In this document: piece after piece, positions 18,553 through 27,409 of the stretch
Layout of the letters: every line of letters begins with the position of its first letter
How positions within the stretch are numbered: position 1 is the stretch's first letter
From: Candidatus Thorarchaeota archaeon
GTDB lineage: Archaea > Asgardarchaeota > Heimdallarchaeia > Hodarchaeales > Hodarchaeaceae
Length of the DNA: 32,000 nucleotides
Direction of reading: 5' to 3'
NCBI GenBank assembly: GCA_048882505.1
Contig: JBHLRO010000006.1
Coordinates: 133,640-165,639 of the forward strand
Translations under genes and position numbers: made by a program
The notes under the pieces: model-generated
What the model was told of the DNA's origin: nothing
The model's input: the letters and a program-made list of their open reading frames with translations, nothing else
The model's database searches: none

Positions 18553-19908
18553 TTGAAAACCTCAAGGCCACAATGGCGTCAAGACAGTATTTCATACGTT
18601 GGACTTGCGCTGATGGGGATCATCCTTGTTTTAGCGCTTGAAATATTGATATTGACAACCTTCCTAAAGCGCTCATCCTGGAATTTCATAATTGGATTTT
18701 TCATTCCCTTCAGTGTTTATTGCGTGATAGCTGTAGTAATCCGTCGGTATCAGAATTTGTTGGTCAAGAAAAGGTACTTCACTGTAATCCTCATGATTGT
18801 GGCATCAATAATCCAGATTCGTCTCCTATTTACTAATGCTACGCTATCTGACGATATCTATCGTTTTTTTATGGAGGGTATGGCCCTCGTAAACGGAATC
18901 AATCCCTATTCTACCCCACCCTCGGATTTTCCATCCAGTTTACAGCCTCCATTTCAATTTCTAGTGAATAATCCGGATGTTACCTCCCCGTATCCCCCGC
19001 TTACACTTTTGGTATTTGCCGTTCTCTACATGGCCTCTCTAGTTGCATCTCCAGTAATCTTTCGAGTTTTCTTTTCATTTATGTACTTAGCTACTATCCC
19101 ACTCATGGCGCACCTTCTTTCAATCTTTGATAAACCTTCTTGGCGAATCATTCTGTACGCGTGGAATCCGCTTTTGCATCTAGAGACCGGAAATGGGTCT
19201 CATTTCGACCCTCTGGTAGTGTTCGTAGTGATGTGTGCGATTTATGCTCTAAATCGTGAGAACCACTCTCTGGGAGGAACGGCCCTACTCATGGCGACAC
19301 TGCTCAAATATTATCCAATTTTCCTGATTGGCGTATATTGGCGTCAATTAGGGAGAAATGGAAGAGTAATCGTGCTTTTAGGCCTTTTTGTTTACAGCTT
19401 GTCAATTTTATTGACTCCCTCCATCATTTCTGGTCTGCTCATTTATGCTGATAGATGGTACTTCAATGCGAGCGTTATGTGGGCCTTGGTAGAATCAACT
19501 GGAACCTTTTTTGGCGCCAAAGTTGTAGTTGGAGCCATTTTCTTGGGCATTTATCTTATAATAATCTTAAAATCAGAACATAGCCCTCACATCTTAAATC
19601 CAGTGAGCGGGCTTTTTGTGTTGGCTTCATTTCTTCTCTTGCAACCTGTGTTTCATCCTTGGTATCTGTTCTGGATATTTCCCTTCGTGTTGTTAGTTGA
19701 ACCGTTAGACTATTCCTGGATCCTCCTAACCGGAACAATTATTCTATCATACCACGTATATATCAATTTTGATGCCATTGGTGTTTGGTACGAATCGGAC
19801 ATTGTTCGGATAATCGAATTTCTCCCCTTTTATGCTGGTATACTCTATATTTACCGCGAGAAACTGAAAAACATTTATCGAACCCTGTCAAAGCCACAAG
19901 GTGCTTAA
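18553..19908 (+). CDS. GT-C fold membrane glycosyltransferase (GT87/DUF2029-like)
   Basis: LSDDIYRF-EG-GINPY, YPP, YAWNPL-E-GNGSHFD, LKYYP, HPWY; about 10 TM; TTG start. Confidence 0.8.
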   Translation: MKTSRPQWRQDSISYVGLALMGIILVLALEILILTTFLKRSSWNFIIGFFIPFSVYCVIAVVIRRYQNLLVKKRYFTVILMIVASIIQIRLLFTNATLSDDIYRFFMEGMALVNGINPYSTPPSDFPSSLQPPFQFLVNNPDVTSPYPPLTLLVFAVLYMASLVASPVIFRVFFSFMYLATIPLMAHLLSIFDKPSWRIILYAWNPLLHLETGNGSHFDPLVVFVVMCAIYALNRENHSLGGTALLMATLLKYYPIFLIGVYWRQLGRNGRVIVLLGLFVYSLSILLTPSIISGLLIYADRWYFNASVMWALVESTGTFFGAKVVVGAIFLGIYLIIILKSEHSPHILNPVSGLFVLASFLLLQPVFHPWYLFWIFPFVLLVEPLDYSWILLTGTIILSYHVYINFDAIGVWYESDIVRIIEFLPFYAGILYIYREKLKNIYRTLSKPQGA

Positions 19909-19960
19909 ACAGAATAACTACGCAAACTCTAGACGTTTTAGAAAGCGTTTTCAGCTGCCG

Positions 19961-20464
19961 CTAGACCAAGAACTTCACGAGACCAGTAGGGAGTTTGTCT
20001 TTAAGCCAATAATCAATGCCGTACCACCGACCAGCTCCTGTCAAGGCACAGATCGCAAAACCCACGATCATTAAAAGGTAGGTCCAAACCCAATCTACTC
20101 CTAAGGTAGTAAAAAGCAAAACTGTCGACACACCGGCACCTACCAGAGCTCCTGGACGTGTAAACACCCCGAAAAGAACTGTAACAGAAATAAAAAGCTC
20201 CAGAAGCATCCAGCCAGGGGCCATAAGAGCGGCATTAGGAAAAACAAAATCCCTCACAATTGTATCAAGGGGAGTAACAACATGTAAAGGATCATCCAAG
20301 AAGAAACTAATGGTCCCAACGTAACCTGTGGCCGTAAATACTCCCTTCATGATGTTACTTACCCATGTCGTCAGAAAAGCAGCCCCTAGTGACAATCGGA
20401 TAAGTGCGACATACGTACCTGATACTCGTTGAGCGTTTATCTCTCGAATTGCTTGCATGGCCAT
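19961..20464 (-). CDS. DoxX/DoxD-like membrane protein
   Basis: LIRLSLGAAFL, ELFISVTVLFGVFTRPGALVG, GAGRWYGID; ATG 20464 preceded by AGGTGA. Confidence 0.75.
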   Translation of the reverse strand: MAMQAIREINAQRVSGTYVALIRLSLGAAFLTTWVSNIMKGVFTATGYVGTISFFLDDPLHVVTPLDTIVRDFVFPNAALMAPGWMLLELFISVTVLFGVFTRPGALVGAGVSTVLLFTTLGVDWVWTYLLMIVGFAICALTGAGRWYGIDYWLKDKLPTGLVKFLV

Positions 20465-20505
20465 CAATATTCACCTTTGACTTTTAATTGATTTCTTAAT
20501 TAATC

Positions 20506-20979
20506 CTACATTAACACCTTTACCCATTTTGGCAAATCCTTGGCATTAAGCTGCTCGTCAATCCCCCTAAACATTCCGGGATGGCTAAAAAGCAGGAGGA
20601 CCAATGACATAACCGCTGCAGTCCATGGAACGATCAAATCAAGAATTCCAAGACCAACTCCAGCCAATCCGATGGCAAATCCGTTGAATGTAGCTAGTGC
20701 AGCACCAGCTCGCGCCAAGGTACCTGTAAGGAGACTTAGGGATGAGATAATCTCTATACTGAGTACAATACCGAATATCAGAACCCAATTGGAAACAGCC
20801 CAGTCCATTAAGGCAGGCGGAAGAAGGGGTTCACCTGCCGCCATATCAGTGATTCGATCAAGGAAATTTGGGAATAATACTCTTCGAATAGCAGTTCCAA
20901 ACCAGATTAATCCGGTAATTAACCTTAGAGGAAATATGATGGAGTAATTCTCTGCCAAGGCAGTTTTAATAATGGGCAT
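20506..20979 (-). CDS. DoxX/DoxD-like membrane protein (tandem paralog)
   Basis: PLRLITGLIWF, EIISSLSLLTGTLARAGA, PGMFRGID; same architecture as its neighbour. Confidence 0.7.
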   Translation of the reverse strand: MPIIKTALAENYSIIFPLRLITGLIWFGTAIRRVLFPNFLDRITDMAAGEPLLPPALMDWAVSNWVLIFGIVLSIEIISSLSLLTGTLARAGAALATFNGFAIGLAGVGLGILDLIVPWTAAVMSLVLLLFSHPGMFRGIDEQLNAKDLPKWVKVLM

Positions 20980-21102
20980 ATGCAGATCCGTCTTTTAGCA
21001 ATTTAAAAAAGGTTGCGATGAATATTGATAACCAAACAAACGCCGATCTGGAAAGAATAATCCTCCTGTAATATGCGGAAACGATGTTAAATCGGCGTGT
21101 AT

Positions 21103-21135
21103 AAGAAAAAAAGAAGGGAAAAGGGAAATAAGGGG
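21103..21135 (-). terminator. pyrimidine/U-rich putative terminator after the NSS gene
   Basis: A run of C/T tracts on the minus strand (TTTCCCTTTTCCCTTCTTTTTTT) just after the stop at 21136. Confidence 0.45.
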
Positions 21136-22683
21136 CTATATCGCAGATGTTTCTACCCTACGAGTTCTTCTTTGGTCATATAAGACCAAAAGAAAGATAA
21201 AAATTGTTAATACCAAAGCAAGCCAGGGAGCTACAGATGAAATCAGGGTATAAAATACGTAAGCATCTCCAGGAATAGCATTCAGACCGAACGTGCCAAC
21301 AATTATGTCAGAGAAGGCATATAAGATGACAAAAATGAGGAAAAACGGTTGGACAAATTTTACCCAAAAATGCCATTTATTCCCTAATTTGAATCGGGAA
21401 GCTGTGTTGACTTCTTTTAGCGCCATCTTTTTAGGTACAAACCAACCAAACGCTATTATTGCGATAATACTACCAATTACTGAACCAGTAGCACCGACAA
21501 AAAGATCTAAATTATACAAGAAGCCACCGTCTAACGGAGATAACATTGAGGGTATAGCAAGTACCATGGTTAGGAATCCAATGACCAGATAAGCTTGTTT
21601 TCTGGATATTCCAACATTATCAACCAGATAGACGATTGTTACTTCAAATATTGCAGTCAGAGGTAGATAGGCAGCGAAGAAGAACATCAAAAAGAATATC
21701 GACATACCGATTCCTGACACTCCAATTCCCAGAGATTTGAAAACCTCCGGTATGACTCCAAAGAATAGTCCAGGTCCGAAAGTCTCTGCGTTATTCATCC
21801 CAATACCTGCCAGTGAAATAACCCCGAAAACCAATAGGACAGAAATTAAGCTGGCCACAGTATTTCCGACGAGGGTTAAGCCTGCGTTGACAGGAATATC
21901 ATGGGCGGACTTTCTTTTCATATAACTGGCATACAAAACCATGTAGGATCCACCAAGACATAAAGAGAAAAATGCTTGTCCTAATGCAGCTACGAAGGTA
22001 TAAGATGTAACTTGCTCTGTGATGTTAATGGTTGTAAGGTATCCAATAACATTAGAGAATACTCCAGGTTGAAGAAAAACGAGAATGGTCAGAAAACTAA
22101 CACTGCCATAGAAAATTGGAACCACGAATTTACTGATCTGCTCAATCCTTCGGGTTCCGTGAAGCAACGGAACTGCAATTGCGAGAATGACGATAGCAGT
22201 GAAAATGAATTGTGACACGGGATCAGCCGCAACCGTGGTTTCAAAATATTCAGTACTCTGTGTTGTTAACGCAGTTAGCCGGCTATCAAACATGGCAGAG
22301 AATGCATAACGAAGAATCCAACCGATCCAAACGACGAAATAACTTCCAACTGCTAATACTATCAAAAATAGAAGAATAGAAACGACTTTTCCGCCTGGAA
22401 ATCTCACTTGATTATAGGCCCCATCAGGACCTCTTCCAGTTAATCGACCTAAACCCCATTCCGCGGTTAGAGCAGGGTATACGAAAAGCGCAGCTAGGAT
22501 AAAATAGATCCCCAGATAAGCAGCGCCCCCAAACGAAGCTACTTGATAGGGAAATCGCCAAAGAGTGCTGAAACAAACGGTCATGCCCAGCATGACAGAT
22601 ATTAGGCCGGTACGACTTTTGGTACTGAAACAATCATGGCATATTACATCCGAGGATTCGGAATTTAAGGAAGGAGAAGACAT
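21136..22683 (-). CDS. NSS/SLC6 (LeuT-like) transporter with atypical substrate and ion sites
   Basis: WRFPY-FGGAAYL-Y, AEWGLGR, GTRRIE-SK, ALGQAFFSL-LG, YASY, GPGLFF-PEVF; about 12 TM. Confidence 0.88.
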   Translation of the reverse strand: MSSPSLNSESSDVICHDCFSTKSRTGLISVMLGMTVCFSTLWRFPYQVASFGGAAYLGIYFILAALFVYPALTAEWGLGRLTGRGPDGAYNQVRFPGGKVVSILLFLIVLAVGSYFVVWIGWILRYAFSAMFDSRLTALTTQSTEYFETTVAADPVSQFIFTAIVILAIAVPLLHGTRRIEQISKFVVPIFYGSVSFLTILVFLQPGVFSNVIGYLTTINITEQVTSYTFVAALGQAFFSLCLGGSYMVLYASYMKRKSAHDIPVNAGLTLVGNTVASLISVLLVFGVISLAGIGMNNAETFGPGLFFGVIPEVFKSLGIGVSGIGMSIFFLMFFFAAYLPLTAIFEVTIVYLVDNVGISRKQAYLVIGFLTMVLAIPSMLSPLDGGFLYNLDLFVGATGSVIGSIIAIIAFGWFVPKKMALKEVNTASRFKLGNKWHFWVKFVQPFFLIFVILYAFSDIIVGTFGLNAIPGDAYVFYTLISSVAPWLALVLTIFIFLLVLYDQRRTRRVETSAI

Positions 22684-22770
22684 TAAATCACGTTATCCTT
22701 TTTTTAGGCTCCACTACCCCTTTTTTTCAATTAAAAGCATTGCGGTGCTTTTATCGTAGATAAGACCGAT

Positions 22771-23682
22771 TTAAGAATTAGTACAGTTCATGCCTTCCAT
22801 TCTGCAAGTCCAACATGCCATATATCTCATTGGAAAAGCGGTTGCCGCTTCATCAAGAGTATCTCCCATACGAGCCCCTTCTTCGTTTACTAAGATTGGG
22901 CACACCCAAACTCCCTTTTCCGTTACCATACGGCATGTACTACATTGTAAGTTCGAATAATCGTAATCTACAAAGCATTCCTTTGTGAATAGTTCATGCT
23001 GTGAATAGGGTCTGCTCCGGTCCGCTTCTCTACCTATCCGTAACGGTGGTAGAATCTTTAAACGCTGTTTTGCAGGAGGGATCCCACTTTTTTCCAACAT
23101 TGTCTGGAAATCTGCTTTAACCTGCTCTAATTCCTCACTGGACCAGCTTCTCATTGCAGTTATGATGGGATTAAACCCAACTTCAACTAAGTTCTTGAGA
23201 CCACCGTTTGCCTTTATATAGGAGTTTTTACCTCTGATCAAATCGTTCGAGCGTTCGTCAGGACCATCAAATGAGACTCTAAACGTAAGAGTGAACTTTC
23301 CAGCGTCTTGAATTTTCCGTAATTGGGCGGCCCTTCTTTTTGCTATTCGGGTTGCATTTGTCAAAACGGTTGTATCAGCATGTAATAGGGATTCAGCGAG
23401 CATAGAATCGATTTCAGGGTTAATAAATGGTTCTCCTCCAGTGAAATAGATTTCCAGACGGGAGTAATTGCGAGATAGCGTGTTGTTCAATGCTCGTTTG
23501 AAAGTAGCATATCTAAGATAGGGATATCGATTTGCGGTGGGGCTTGATTCAACATAGCAGTGATGGCAGCTCAAATTACATCTACTACCCGTGAAGAACC
23601 ATAAAACGAATGAATCGAGAGTATCAGCAAGGAATGGAACCGAATAAACATTTTTTTGGGAAGTTGGATTGAGCTCGAGCAA
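22771..23682 (-). CDS. radical SAM protein (family often near DUF2064/GT clusters; ArsS-related, not clearly ArsS)
   Basis: LWFFTGSRCNLSCHHCYVESSP (CxxxCxxC), FTGGEPF, VLTNAT, RVSFDG; Cys-rich C-terminus CSTCRMV-CPIL-CWTC-C; TTG start. Confidence 0.88.
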   Translation of the reverse strand: MLELNPTSQKNVYSVPFLADTLDSFVLWFFTGSRCNLSCHHCYVESSPTANRYPYLRYATFKRALNNTLSRNYSRLEIYFTGGEPFINPEIDSMLAESLLHADTTVLTNATRIAKRRAAQLRKIQDAGKFTLTFRVSFDGPDERSNDLIRGKNSYIKANGGLKNLVEVGFNPIITAMRSWSSEELEQVKADFQTMLEKSGIPPAKQRLKILPPLRIGREADRSRPYSQHELFTKECFVDYDYSNLQCSTCRMVTEKGVWVCPILVNEEGARMGDTLDEAATAFPMRYMACWTCRMEGMNCTNS

Positions 23683-23802
23683 TCTTAGTTCCTGTGAAAC
23701 AGAAACACTCTTATTTATGATATTTGCGATTCGTTTCTCTCATCGTTTCAAAAAGTTAAATAGCGATAAGCTTTGAGACAACACCGATAGTGGGAATCAG
23801 CA

Positions 23803-24165
23803 TTGGTTGAAAACTTAGAACAGAAAAAAAAATCGTTAATATCTTGGGACGATTTTCAAAAAGTGGATATTCGGGTAGGTACTATAAAGGATGTTCAGGA
23901 TTTCCCCGAAGCCCGAATTCCTGCCTTCAAACTATGGATCGACTTCGGATCGCTTGGTATCAAGAAATCAAGTGCCCAGATTACTCAGCTATATACGAAG
24001 CGGTATTTGATCGACCGCCAGGTCTTAGCGGTGGTGAACTTTCCCAAAAAGCAGATTGCTAATTTTAGATCGGAGGTACTTGTATTGGGTCTGGTTGCGG
24101 AAAATAAAGAGGTAGTTCTGATTTCTCCAGATCGGCCTGTACCCAACGGATTAAAATTGGCCTAG
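23803..24165 (+). CDS. csaA: CsaA / tRNA-binding OB-fold chaperone
   Basis: WDDFQKVDIRVGTI, AFKLWIDFG-G-KKSSAQIT, VVNFP-KQIA-F-SEVLVLG, PVPNG. Confidence 0.88.
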   Translation: MVENLEQKKKSLISWDDFQKVDIRVGTIKDVQDFPEARIPAFKLWIDFGSLGIKKSSAQITQLYTKRYLIDRQVLAVVNFPKKQIANFRSEVLVLGLVAENKEVVLISPDRPVPNGLKLA

Positions 24166-24252
24166 CCGTCCATCTCGATAAGCGGGCGACTCTAAAATGA
24201 GAAAAAGAAGAGAGCAGGATCGCTAAACGTGATCATGCAATCTTGAGGAAAA

Positions 24253-24825
24253 TTACTTTTTCCTTCTCTGGACTAGGGCCAGGCTAGCAATGATTAAAAG
24301 ACCAATCGCTAGTTCGAACCCAGGCGCTGGAGTACCAGGAGGATTCCCAGTCGGGTTACCCACTTTGAAATAACCCCACATCCCTGCATCGAAATGTCCT
24401 GAAAAGGAGCAGTAAAACATGATATAGGTGTCCTTATCGGGAGTTGTAAAGGTCGTGTTCCAAACACTTGTTTCTGTTCCCCCTGAGTTGCCTGTATTGG
24501 CTTCAGCGGGAAGAGGTCCTAGTACCAGATCCCCAGACTTTGGTGTGTCTGATGCAGTTGCTGAGGTTACTATCCGTTCGTCTGCCGCCACTATCAAATT
24601 ATGCCATACACCTGATTCATTGTTCCAGAATACTATTGTGTATTGTGTGTTCTTCTGTACGTCTATGGCCTTCTTATCATACAGAGTACCAGTAAGGGCC
24701 GTAATTGTGATTGTCGTCCCTTGAGTGGGTGTATTTGTTGTAGCCGAGAGATTTAGGGGAACGATTATAGATAAGAACATTATCCCCGTAAATAAGGCTA
24801 GTAAGATAACTCCTTGTTTTTTCAT
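24253..24825 (-). CDS. secreted type-1 blue copper protein (cupredoxin) with PGF-CTERM-like anchor
   Basis: Signal peptide; VWHNL (His ligand); FYCSFSGHFDAGMWG (C-x4-H-x4-M); tail PAPGFELAIGLLIIASLALVQRRKK. Confidence 0.85.
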   Translation of the reverse strand: MKKQGVILLALFTGIMFLSIIVPLNLSATTNTPTQGTTITITALTGTLYDKKAIDVQKNTQYTIVFWNNESGVWHNLIVAADERIVTSATASDTPKSGDLVLGPLPAEANTGNSGGTETSVWNTTFTTPDKDTYIMFYCSFSGHFDAGMWGYFKVGNPTGNPPGTPAPGFELAIGLLIIASLALVQRRKK

Positions 24826-25112
24826 GATATATCAATCCCATTTAGAGGTAGACTCTTTACCATTTATAGTCGTAGAAGTCGGCGTCCGTTTCTTCTTTTT
24901 ATTTATAAATTGGTTTCTTTTTTTTTTTCACAGGAAAATTGTTCTGGTGGCTGATCCGATCCGTTTTTCGAAAACCGATCCTCACTTTACCAGCAAATCC
25001 CCTATCTAATTAACCTCCCTTTATGTCCAGAGAGAAGAGAGACAGGATTTACTATATCTAATGTGGTAAGAACAGTTTATGGGTTATTGGTATAACCAAT
25101 GGATTCAATTGA

Positions 25113-25133
25113 TAAAAAAAAGAAAAAGGGGGG
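25113..25133 (-). terminator. U-rich putative terminator after the polyferredoxin gene
   Basis: The minus strand reads CCCCCCTTTTTCTTTTTTTT about 10 nt after the stop. Confidence 0.45.
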
Positions 25134-25143
25134 AATTAGGGGT

Positions 25144-27393
25144 TTAAACCTGGCTCGATAATGCATAGAGTCCCAAGAACGTGAAAAGAACAATCCAGGT
25201 CACTACTGGGACCAATATCTTGAGACGATCTTTTTTATCGTGCTCCAAGTTCAATATTAGGGTTCGATGCGTGGCGAAAATCGAAGCAGCCATTCCACCA
25301 AGAACTGCGATCAACCGGATAGCAAAGCCCGCCTCGGCTGGTATTAGGGATCCTAGTTCCAAGTTATGGAAACCTATCAAATATAATGGATTTAGTAGGT
25401 AAGCTATCGCGACCGGGAAGACAATAGGATTGTCAAGAGCCAGCGTGCTTCCATTATAGATTGCATTATTCATGAAGTATCCGCCAAATGGATCTGCTAG
25501 GATACCAAGAATTGCGGGAGTATGTTCGAAGATCCTTACCACCCAAAATGCAAAGTGGAGTGAGAGTCCGACTGGAATCACAGAATAGCTAAATAGGTTG
25601 AATAGATCTTGGACATTTTTCTTTTTCTCGTTCTTCACATATTTTCTAGTGAACAATAAAACTAGAAAGAATAGGCCTATAGGCAAGAGAAATGCCGCTG
25701 TCAAGAACCAGGCGAATGTTGTGATAACCTGTGCAATGAATGCATCACCAAATACCCCGGTAAGCCCAGCGATTGACGAGTCTAAGGTGGTACGAACAAA
25801 AGGTATACTTGGCATGATTACCGCTAAGGTTAAGCCGACAAGCACCGCCGCCAGACCAGATTGATCAAATCGTCGTTTTTTCGGATTGTACGTGTCTACG
25901 AATGGTGCACGAATATTTAACGTAATGTTGTCATACGGACAGCTCTTAAAACATTCGGTACACATAATACACCCAAGGTTTCGATCCATGATCATTGGAA
26001 ACTGTTCCATTGGACATGCGTATCCGCTATCCCATGTTGGAACTGTCAATTTTCCCTTTCGATCCAGAACTTCAGTCTCTGTACGTCCACGAAGGCAGTA
26101 TTTCCCCGTACACAGCTTACATACATCTAAATCCTTGTTACGGACTTCAATGGTTCCTGCCATTCCGTAGGTTCCGATCAATCCTCCCAGCGGGCAGACG
26201 TACATACAGAACGCCCGACGTTCGTAGAATAGTCCTAGGATAATTGATAGCCCTATAAGAATGACTATGAAGAGAGCCGTGAAGAGTGGATTGACAAACA
26301 TACCAACAATAAAATCAAACATCATGATGCCTGCAAAGAGGCCTGTTGTGATCCACATGGAGGTCAGTCTCTTGGGATATTTACGTTTTGGATCCGTATC
26401 TCCCTTCAATGGTTTTCCAATAACCATAGCTTGCGTAAACTCTGGAATAGCGTAACCGAAGTACGCTCCAACGTAGAGCCCGAAGAGAATTGCCAAGAGC
26501 CAAAAGATTCCAACTATGGTATCGATTATCCCTGTACCCGCGACTATTGTTGTAAAAACGCGTGATAACAAGACCACGGGGACAAATGCTAAGAAGATAA
26601 GATAATCAAGGATTCCTTGAACCAAATCCGTACTGATGGCTCCAGTTCCCATTAATTCCTCGGCAGAAAGTCCTCCAAACAATCCAATGGTAATGCCCAC
26701 AATCAATGCACTGCCAACTCCTAGGAAGAAAGCCATTACAAAACGAATGATTCGGCCCGAGGTTGAAACAGATTCTGGCAGGTGGGTTCTATGGGCCCAT
26801 TCGCCAATACAACCGAGTGGACATACCGTACACCACACACGGCCAAGAAACATGAACGTTATAATCATGCCTGGCCACCAGATGTTCCAGGTCAGAAATG
26901 TGGCACCATTAATTAACGCCGAGTCTTTTGCATAAATGTAACCGCCATATCCGTATATACCGAAGATCATTACCAGGACAAAGAATACGGCATTAGGAAA
27001 CTCTAACACCCATTGAAACCAACGACGTTTGATTAGCCAGCTTCCAAACCGATTATCGGTCAATGAAAACTTCCAGTATCCACCAAATCGACGTTTTTCC
27101 AAGGATTCCTTATCATCAGGGGAGCGGTACAGGAGAAACAAGGTCAAACCCGCAAAAAGAGCGGGTAGGACGAGCGTTGGAAGGAGCGTATTGGCTATTA
27201 GGCCACCAAGATCTCTGCCAAGCAATCCAATGAGATCGAATCCAAAGAATGAAATAGTGTCTTTTAACATGTACAGACTCAGATACGATACCCATACTAA
27301 TGCAATGACGAAGATTAGGAGCGAGAAATTCTTTGAGTTTTGCCCTCTTAGTTGAGCAAAGGTAGCGTCTTCTGACGTTACTTCTTTTTGCAT
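25144..27393 (-). CDS. integral membrane polyferredoxin (4Fe-4S binding; NapH/MauN/NosR/CcoG-like)
   Basis: RVWCTVCPLG and RAFCMYVCPLGG (CxxxCP), CKLCTGKYC, ACPMEQFP, CIMCTECFKSCP; many TM helices. Confidence 0.88.
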   Translation of the reverse strand: MQKEVTSEDATFAQLRGQNSKNFSLLIFVIALVWVSYLSLYMLKDTISFFGFDLIGLLGRDLGGLIANTLLPTLVLPALFAGLTLFLLYRSPDDKESLEKRRFGGYWKFSLTDNRFGSWLIKRRWFQWVLEFPNAVFFVLVMIFGIYGYGGYIYAKDSALINGATFLTWNIWWPGMIITFMFLGRVWCTVCPLGCIGEWAHRTHLPESVSTSGRIIRFVMAFFLGVGSALIVGITIGLFGGLSAEELMGTGAISTDLVQGILDYLIFLAFVPVVLLSRVFTTIVAGTGIIDTIVGIFWLLAILFGLYVGAYFGYAIPEFTQAMVIGKPLKGDTDPKRKYPKRLTSMWITTGLFAGIMMFDFIVGMFVNPLFTALFIVILIGLSIILGLFYERRAFCMYVCPLGGLIGTYGMAGTIEVRNKDLDVCKLCTGKYCLRGRTETEVLDRKGKLTVPTWDSGYACPMEQFPMIMDRNLGCIMCTECFKSCPYDNITLNIRAPFVDTYNPKKRRFDQSGLAAVLVGLTLAVIMPSIPFVRTTLDSSIAGLTGVFGDAFIAQVITTFAWFLTAAFLLPIGLFFLVLLFTRKYVKNEKKKNVQDLFNLFSYSVIPVGLSLHFAFWVVRIFEHTPAILGILADPFGGYFMNNAIYNGSTLALDNPIVFPVAIAYLLNPLYLIGFHNLELGSLIPAEAGFAIRLIAVLGGMAASIFATHRTLILNLEHDKKDRLKILVPVVTWIVLFTFLGLYALSSQV

Positions 27394-27409
27394 AAATTTT
27401 CCACCTTTA

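Noticed and set aside
22630-22641. CHDC at the NSS N-terminus as a heme c site
   Set aside because: It is not CxxCH (the following residue is F) and is predicted cytoplasmic; kept only as a possible metal or redox CxxC.
22771-23682. Calling the radical SAM arsS, or a selenoprotein
   Set aside because: It is only partly ArsS-like and lacks the recalled ArsS blocks. The ORF ends in TAA with no in-frame TGA, so there is no Sec evidence.
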